Shown: piece by piece, positions 58,789-64,000 of the stretch | Layout of the letters: each line of letters opens with the position of its first letter | Numbering within the stretch: position 1 is the stretch's first letter | Source of the DNA: a bacterium | Lineage (GTDB): Bacteria; Electryoneota; Electryoneia; Electryoneales; Electryoneaceae | Length of the DNA: 64,000 nt | NCBI GenBank assembly: GCA_963669175.1 | Contig: OY769902.1 | Coordinates: forward strand, 4,640,001 to 4,704,000 | Direction of reading: 5' to 3' | Translations under genes and position numbers: made by a program | The notes under the pieces: model-generated | What the model was told of the DNA's origin: nothing | Databases searched by the model: none | Seen by the model: the letters and a program-made list of their open reading frames with translations, nothing else

Positions 58789-60552
58789 TCAGCGCCCGGT
58801 TTCCTCCGCCTGCATGGCATCAGATCCTGGCTCGCTCTGCGCTTCTTGTTCTCCCTGGTTCGGCATCAAACCATGCTTATAAGCCAGGTCTTTCCTGAGA
58901 TAAAGTCGAAAAAGATAAAAACGTCCCTGGTCGACAAAATATTCCAGCAACCGCAGATCACGACTGTCGTACTGACCAACATCAACATAATTATCCTGAA
59001 TAAACGCTTTAAGCTGCTGCTGGCGATCTATAGGATACTTTCCATAATACTGATAATCAGCTTCTGCACAATCAACAATCACCGCTGGCGGGGTTTCCGT
59101 AAGGTCATACCCCAAGTTAGGCCAACTGCCCTCGACAATATAAGGCGTAGTGTCAATTCGAGGGTCAACATTCACCCAGGGAATCAACCCAACAAGATAA
59201 TCACATTTTACAAAGCGAGTAGCACAATCACGCTGCGAAAATACATACAACTCGGGAGCGAATCCCCATACCCAGATTTTGGCATCTTTCGGTATCAGCT
59301 CATCAATTGTCTTTACCAGGTCAGGATAACGGCTCTTCAACGATTCACCGTTTTGAGTGATCAGGCGTTGATCACGATAAGCCGGACCGTGGAAATACGA
59401 CACCGGTAATAATATCCCCAGAACTGTCGCCACCATTGCTGTTACAGCAATCGTATCTTTCCAGTGGATTTGGTTTCGCCGCGCCTTTTGATACAGAAAC
59501 GCCATTCCTTCAGCGCCCATCCACGCCGAAAACGCGGCGGCAGGAACGAAGTAATGCCCGAACAGACGCCCCCCAAGGATTGCCACCAGGAACCCACCCC
59601 CAACACCGACGCCAAGAATGACTTTTCGAGCAAGGACAGCCTGATTGTCCTTCACAGGCAGCCACAGGAATGCGCCTGCCAGGGATACAACCAGGATCTG
59701 GGGCAACATCCAGTCCCACACCTTGTACCAGACACCTTGCAGAAACGCGAGATCGTATGATCCAGCTCCCGCATAGAACAGGTTATACTTGATATAAATG
59801 GTGAAGAAACCTTCGATACCGGAATCAAACAGAAGCGGGAACAACAGGAGCACATACCAGCCAGCGGAAATCAACAGGCTCAACACCGGAAACAGGAAGA
59901 AATATTGTTTCGTTTGAAAGCTCTTTATTCCCCATGCCGCCACCAACAGGATCACAGCAACGAAAAGACCGTGAATCTTGAACCATGCTGCCAGCGCTAT
60001 CCATAACGCTGTAACAACAAAATTCCCTTTGCCTGTCTCGGCCCAGCGCAGCAGGTTACGCGCCGCCAGCAGCAGAAAAGGAATCATGAAAGTTTCTGTT
60101 AGCGCTGCAATGGCATCTTGGGGAAGATACCCTCCCAATGCAATCGCGAGTAACATGGCCGCAAAAACACCTGGAATATCGCCATACCTGCGGCGGATTT
60201 CTGAGCCCAGGATCAGCGCGGCAGCCCAGTGCGCCAGAATCGCCACGTAACGAATGGCGAGCATGTTCCAGTCGCCGGCGATGGAAAATATAAATTTGTA
60301 GAGATAAAATATTCCCGGCGCTGCATGTTCAAACGCATTCTCATACAACACACCCCCCTCGGCCATAATACGTGCTACCGAGGCATACAGCCCTTCATCG
60401 GAATTGAGAATCTCCATACCGAAATAAGGCAGACGGCAAAGCAGAACAACTACCAGTGGGGCCAGAAACCGAATCCAGGCAGGAAGTTTAATCGTATCAG
60501 CGCCTGGTGCCTTTTCTATCCGTAAACGACTTGTCAACCGTTCAAGCATCAC
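58789..60552 (-). CDS. GT-C fold glycosyltransferase (ArnT/PMT-like)
   Basis: NSDEGLY after the first TM, many TM helices, IWVWG..PELY. Confidence 0.75.
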   Translation of the reverse strand: MMLERLTSRLRIEKAPGADTIKLPAWIRFLAPLVVVLLCRLPYFGMEILNSDEGLYASVARIMAEGGVLYENAFEHAAPGIFYLYKFIFSIAGDWNMLAIRYVAILAHWAAALILGSEIRRRYGDIPGVFAAMLLAIALGGYLPQDAIAALTETFMIPFLLLAARNLLRWAETGKGNFVVTALWIALAAWFKIHGLFVAVILLVAAWGIKSFQTKQYFFLFPVLSLLISAGWYVLLLFPLLFDSGIEGFFTIYIKYNLFYAGAGSYDLAFLQGVWYKVWDWMLPQILVVSLAGAFLWLPVKDNQAVLARKVILGVGVGGGFLVAILGGRLFGHYFVPAAAFSAWMGAEGMAFLYQKARRNQIHWKDTIAVTAMVATVLGILLPVSYFHGPAYRDQRLITQNGESLKSRYPDLVKTIDELIPKDAKIWVWGFAPELYVFSQRDCATRFVKCDYLVGLIPWVNVDPRIDTTPYIVEGSWPNLGYDLTETPPAVIVDCAEADYQYYGKYPIDRQQQLKAFIQDNYVDVGQYDSRDLRLLEYFVDQGRFYLFRLYLRKDLAYKHGLMPNQGEQEAQSEPGSDAMQAEETGR

Positions 60553-61649
60553 TCGCCCTGTTCGCTATCGCTGAAAATGCTACTTAACCAGTCAGCCAAA
60601 GCTACTACCATCTCATCACTGATATCATGATCATCCGGGGTTTCCAGGTATTGCACCTGCATTCCCGCTTCTCTCGCCAAGTCACGAATCTGCTGCCCCT
60701 GTTCACGGGTGACAATTCGATCACGCAATCCCTGGGCAATAAACAACTGAACATGCTTCTCTGCCGCCGCAGTGAACGATGCTGCAGAATCCTCGCCGAT
60801 AGGCAGGTATCCGGCCAGACACGCCATTCCAGACAACATTTCCGGCCTTTTCATGGCTGTCAGAAGTCCAGCGGAAGCGCCCTGGGCGTACCCGACAATT
60901 GCCACCTTCGACGTGTCCACATTCAGGTTCACCCCGGCATCGTGAATTACATTCACAATCCAGTCAACCGTGTACATCCGGGCCAGTTCATAGGCTTCCG
61001 ATTCATTATCAGCCACCAACGCACGTGGCCAATAGGCAAATCCCTCAACGCCCTTCCTGATCGTGTAAGGCGCACGGGGTAGCAAGTATACGATCCCAGG
61101 CAACGCCAGACGATCCGGCAGTTCATCCATGTCGTTCATATCGCCGCCACGCCCGTGGAGCAAAACGACTACCGGGCAAGGTGTTCCCTTTTCCTCGTAG
61201 TTATGCGGCAGGATTACCTGGTACGGTGCAAGCCTGGTTTGCACGGTGTAATAAGGGGCTCTGCGCTCCTGTTCCCCCTCAGCTTCAAGCTCATTCAGCT
61301 CTTCAATACGCGCCATGATGCGTTTGAAACCCGGCATGTCATGAATCAGAGCCATATCCGGGTCGCGTGGCGGCCAGTCTGCATCACGCCACCCCGCAGT
61401 CGCTGCATCATCCAACGCATTCAGGGATTCCTGCAGCTGGCCGGTCAACGAAAGAGCGCAGGCATAATTATACCACCCGACATAATCGCCGGGATTCGCT
61501 TCCAGCCATTTTTCATACAACTCGGCTGCCAGCACAGCATCGCCAGCCGAAAGCGCACGCTCCGCCTGTTCCCCCAGGGTAGGTCCGCCCGGTTGGACAG
61601 CCTCCCCTCTTTTCGCCATTCCGACTATCAGCATGAGCAGAGCAAACAT
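60549..61649 (-). CDS. TPR + alpha/beta-hydrolase (phospholipase/carboxylesterase-like) with GYAQG elbow; start uncertain
   Basis: WYNYACALS TPR, VLLHGRG, GYAQG, D and H positions kept. Confidence 0.75.
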   Translation of the reverse strand: MFALLMLIVGMAKRGEAVQPGGPTLGEQAERALSAGDAVLAAELYEKWLEANPGDYVGWYNYACALSLTGQLQESLNALDDAATAGWRDADWPPRDPDMALIHDMPGFKRIMARIEELNELEAEGEQERRAPYYTVQTRLAPYQVILPHNYEEKGTPCPVVVLLHGRGGDMNDMDELPDRLALPGIVYLLPRAPYTIRKGVEGFAYWPRALVADNESEAYELARMYTVDWIVNVIHDAGVNLNVDTSKVAIVGYAQGASAGLLTAMKRPEMLSGMACLAGYLPIGEDSAASFTAAAEKHVQLFIAQGLRDRIVTREQGQQIRDLAREAGMQVQYLETPDDHDISDEMVVALADWLSSIFSDSEQGE

Positions 61650-61903
61650 GCCGATTAATCCAAAGCGCCTACTCTTGGATACGGACAATTCTGCCACCTC
61701 GGTCAACGCGTTTCCCCGGAACCCTCTCCCCTCACTCTCCCGGTTGCAGGCAAGATAAGCATATAAACAAACAAATGCCTCCCCGCTCGCCCTTGAGAGT
61801 TGGAAAACAAGAAGCTGCGAAAGATCAGAGTCAATCAACTTGAACTTGGGATTATCCATGCTTATTTTTAGCATATGCTAGAAACAAAACAACTGGAGGA
61901 TTT

Positions 61904-62269
61904 ATGCCGGGATTTGATAGACGTGGTCCTTTGGGAAAAGGGCCGATGACCGGACGCGGGCTTGGACCGTGTGGAACGGGTAAAGCAACTCATTTTAATG
62001 ACGAGGGTTACGGCGTTGGACGTGGTGGTCGTCCCTGGGGCGGTGGCAACGGTCATTGCTGGGGCGGCGGACGTGGACACCGTCATGGTTTTCAAGCTGG
62101 CATGGGCAGACAGTTTCGCCATGGATTTCGTTTCAGGGATTACACGGATGCAGAAATGGATATCCGTGAAGAGATGGAATCCTATGCCGACTACCTGAAA
62201 AACGAGTTGGATCGTGTTGAAAAAGCCTTATCTTCAGGAAAAGGAAAACCGCAACAGGAAGAAGATTGA
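61904..62269 (+). CDS. DUF5320-family Gly/Arg-rich protein
   Basis: MPGFDRRGPLGKGPMTGRGLGPC and a C-terminal coiled coil. RBS GGAGG. Confidence 0.85.
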   Translation: MPGFDRRGPLGKGPMTGRGLGPCGTGKATHFNDEGYGVGRGGRPWGGGNGHCWGGGRGHRHGFQAGMGRQFRHGFRFRDYTDAEMDIREEMESYADYLKNELDRVEKALSSGKGKPQQEED

Positions 62270-62304
62270 TTCTCCCATTGCGGAAAAACTGAAGAGAAGT
62301 AATC

Positions 62305-62712
62305 ATGCCGAGACCGACAAAACCGCGGCGGGTATCTTTTCGCCCGCCGCATCAATTCTTTAAACCTGCCGGAGTGCCCAGCAAAGAACTGGAACAGGTA
62401 GCGCTCACCCTTGACGAACTGGAAGCGCTTCGCCTGGCACATCTTGAAGGCTATTACCAGGCTGCCATCTCCCGCCGGATGGGGGTATCACGCCCCACCG
62501 CCGGGATCATACTGGAAAATGCCCACCGTAAAATCACAGAATGCCTGGTAGAAGGCAAAGCTCTTGTCATTGAACAGGGCGCTACAGTGCATGACACCCA
62601 CCCGCCGGAAGACTGCCCCAAATGTGGCGAGGAAGTCAACGACGAATGGCAGGACCAATGTCCACGCTGCGGACGTGGACGCCGCCATCGTGGCCGTCAT
62701 GGCAAAGGATAA
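62305..62712 (+). CDS. DUF134 (UPF0251) DNA-binding protein with a C-terminal Zn ribbon
   Basis: MPRPTKPRRV, FFKPAG, ELEALRL, MGVSRPT, CPKC..CPRC. Confidence 0.9.
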   Translation: MPRPTKPRRVSFRPPHQFFKPAGVPSKELEQVALTLDELEALRLAHLEGYYQAAISRRMGVSRPTAGIILENAHRKITECLVEGKALVIEQGATVHDTHPPEDCPKCGEEVNDEWQDQCPRCGRGRRHRGRHGKG

Positions 62713-62781
62713 CCATTACCCTCTTGGAAGCTGTCTTCAGCCATTTGCCTGACACACACCTATGCCATCGAATCACTTGAC

Positions 62782-63035
62782 GGGTGGCCCGATTTTGCCC
62801 TGTGATGATAGTTGTCCCCTTGTCACACTTGATCGAGATACAGAGCTTCCACACGCATGGGAAGCTCACAGGCAAAGTCGGGATTGTGACAATAGCTACC
62901 AGTCAAGTATTGGTACGATACTAAACATATCCACAATCCCGACTTGCCTTCAGAAAAATCTCTGAGCCAACCCTGCTGGCAGCATACGTAAGCTTTCAAG
63001 GTATTCAGCAGAACGACATGGCAAATCGGCCACCC
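62782..63035. repeat. Family B composite double-hairpin element (254 bp)
   Basis: GGGTGGCCCGA...TCGGGATTG-47 nt-CAATCCCGA...TCGGCCACCC. Confidence 0.85.
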
Positions 63036-63071
63036 AGGCTCTCACAAAACCCGACTTGCTCATCATCAGAA

Positions 63072-63932
63072 TCACTTGACAAGAATAACCTTCCGGCTCA
63101 GGCGCTGGTTTCCTGCACGCATCTGTACGAAATACGTGCCTGAACAGAGTTGGTCCGCCTGGAAACTGAACGTGTGCTGTCCCGCGCTTACCATACCATC
63201 CGACAAGGTTGCCACGGTTTCACCCAACAGATTGCGAACTGTTATCTCAACAACCTGAGTCCTGGCAAGAGCAAACTCGATATTTACAGTACTGTTGAAT
63301 GGGTTTGGCCAGGTTTGCAACTCAAAATCATGTATGGTAGACGATTCCTGAGCCTCTACACCTGTCCCGGTGGCTTCGACCTGGAGAAACGGGTGCATGT
63401 CTGCGTCTGGCGACTCTTTCGAATAACATTTACTGAACTTGCTGTTCGACGCAATAATCACCAGGCCATGATTGGTGGTTTCACCGTTCACCCACGATTG
63501 CACCAGGCTGGTAATGTTAATCTCCTGCCAGCCGTTTACGCTAAAAACATAATTCGCCCAGACATTATCCCCATTGGCCACATGCTGGTTTTCCGGCCAG
63601 GAATCCTCACTCCACGCTTCTGTGATATGATAGATTGCAGTGGTGGTGGGATCACCTGAAGGACAACCGAAGAAACGGTACAGGTTCAGCGTAGCGCTTT
63701 CGACTGTCAAACCTTGCAGGGTACTCAGGTCAAACTTCATGATAATGCGCTGGTAGTTACTGGTCGGCGCCCAATCAGCGGTCCACAATTCGCTGGCGGA
63801 ATGTGTTCCGGGATTGTCCGGGTCTGTGTACATGTCATCGCTCGGCGTCAACGTGTAAGTCTCTGCCAGAACAGGAACGGCAAACAACAGCGCGACAACA
63901 GACAATACCAGTATTCTCGTAACGACTTTCAT
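63072..63932 (-). CDS. DNRLRE/CBM96-like domain protein with a T9SS-type C-terminal domain
   Basis: Signal peptide, IMKFDLS..SATLNLY..WSE..ITSLVQSW..NHG, WPNPFN..KVILVK. Confidence 0.85.
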   Translation of the reverse strand: MKVVTRILVLSVVALLFAVPVLAETYTLTPSDDMYTDPDNPGTHSASELWTADWAPTSNYQRIIMKFDLSTLQGLTVESATLNLYRFFGCPSGDPTTTAIYHITEAWSEDSWPENQHVANGDNVWANYVFSVNGWQEINITSLVQSWVNGETTNHGLVIIASNSKFSKCYSKESPDADMHPFLQVEATGTGVEAQESSTIHDFELQTWPNPFNSTVNIEFALARTQVVEITVRNLLGETVATLSDGMVSAGQHTFSFQADQLCSGTYFVQMRAGNQRLSRKVILVK

Positions 63933-64000
63933 CGCTTATCTCCTTTGCTTGCTTGCAGAGTGTTTTACTATTTGTTCTGCAGTAGCACTTCCATGTCAAT

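Noticed and set aside
14654-62269. Further Sec read-through at the other TGA stops inspected (e.g. 14654, 26331, 51310, 62267)
   Set aside because: The proteins appear complete at those stops, with no evident continuation or matching hairpin. The check was by eye and not exhaustive.

Overview
64 kb of bacterial chromosome, probably from an anaerobic FCB-superphylum organism (inferred from T9SS-type C-terminal sorting domains, a PorV/PorQ-family gene, multiheme cytochromes and a CydA-like pair). Housekeeping genes include der, priA, serC, a SerA-like dehydrogenase, sfsA, tsaD and a CdaR/YbbR-like gene, alongside many secreted and membrane proteins. Main result: the ORF track splits or truncates two genes at in-frame TGA codons. 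One is selD (TGA 38447-38449). The other is an 11-heme lipoprotein cytochrome c (401-1777, TGA 638-640 in a GEG-U-GGS linker) lying directly upstream of a tandem-rhodanese lipoprotein. Both TGAs are followed, after exactly 12 nt, by a 7-bp hairpin with a YGGNR loop. This supports selenocysteine recoding and a seleno-multiheme/rhodanese module. Second theme: the intergenic DNA holds several families of fixed-length palindromic elements with covarying stems. These include a GIY-YIG nuclease gene bracketed by 157-bp direct repeats, a 253/254-bp double-hairpin element with a constant 47-nt core, and a compositionally mosaic T9SS-cargo cassette bounded by direct repeats. No rRNA, tRNA, CRISPR array or intact transposase was seen. 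All calls come from reading the sequence; no database searches were run.
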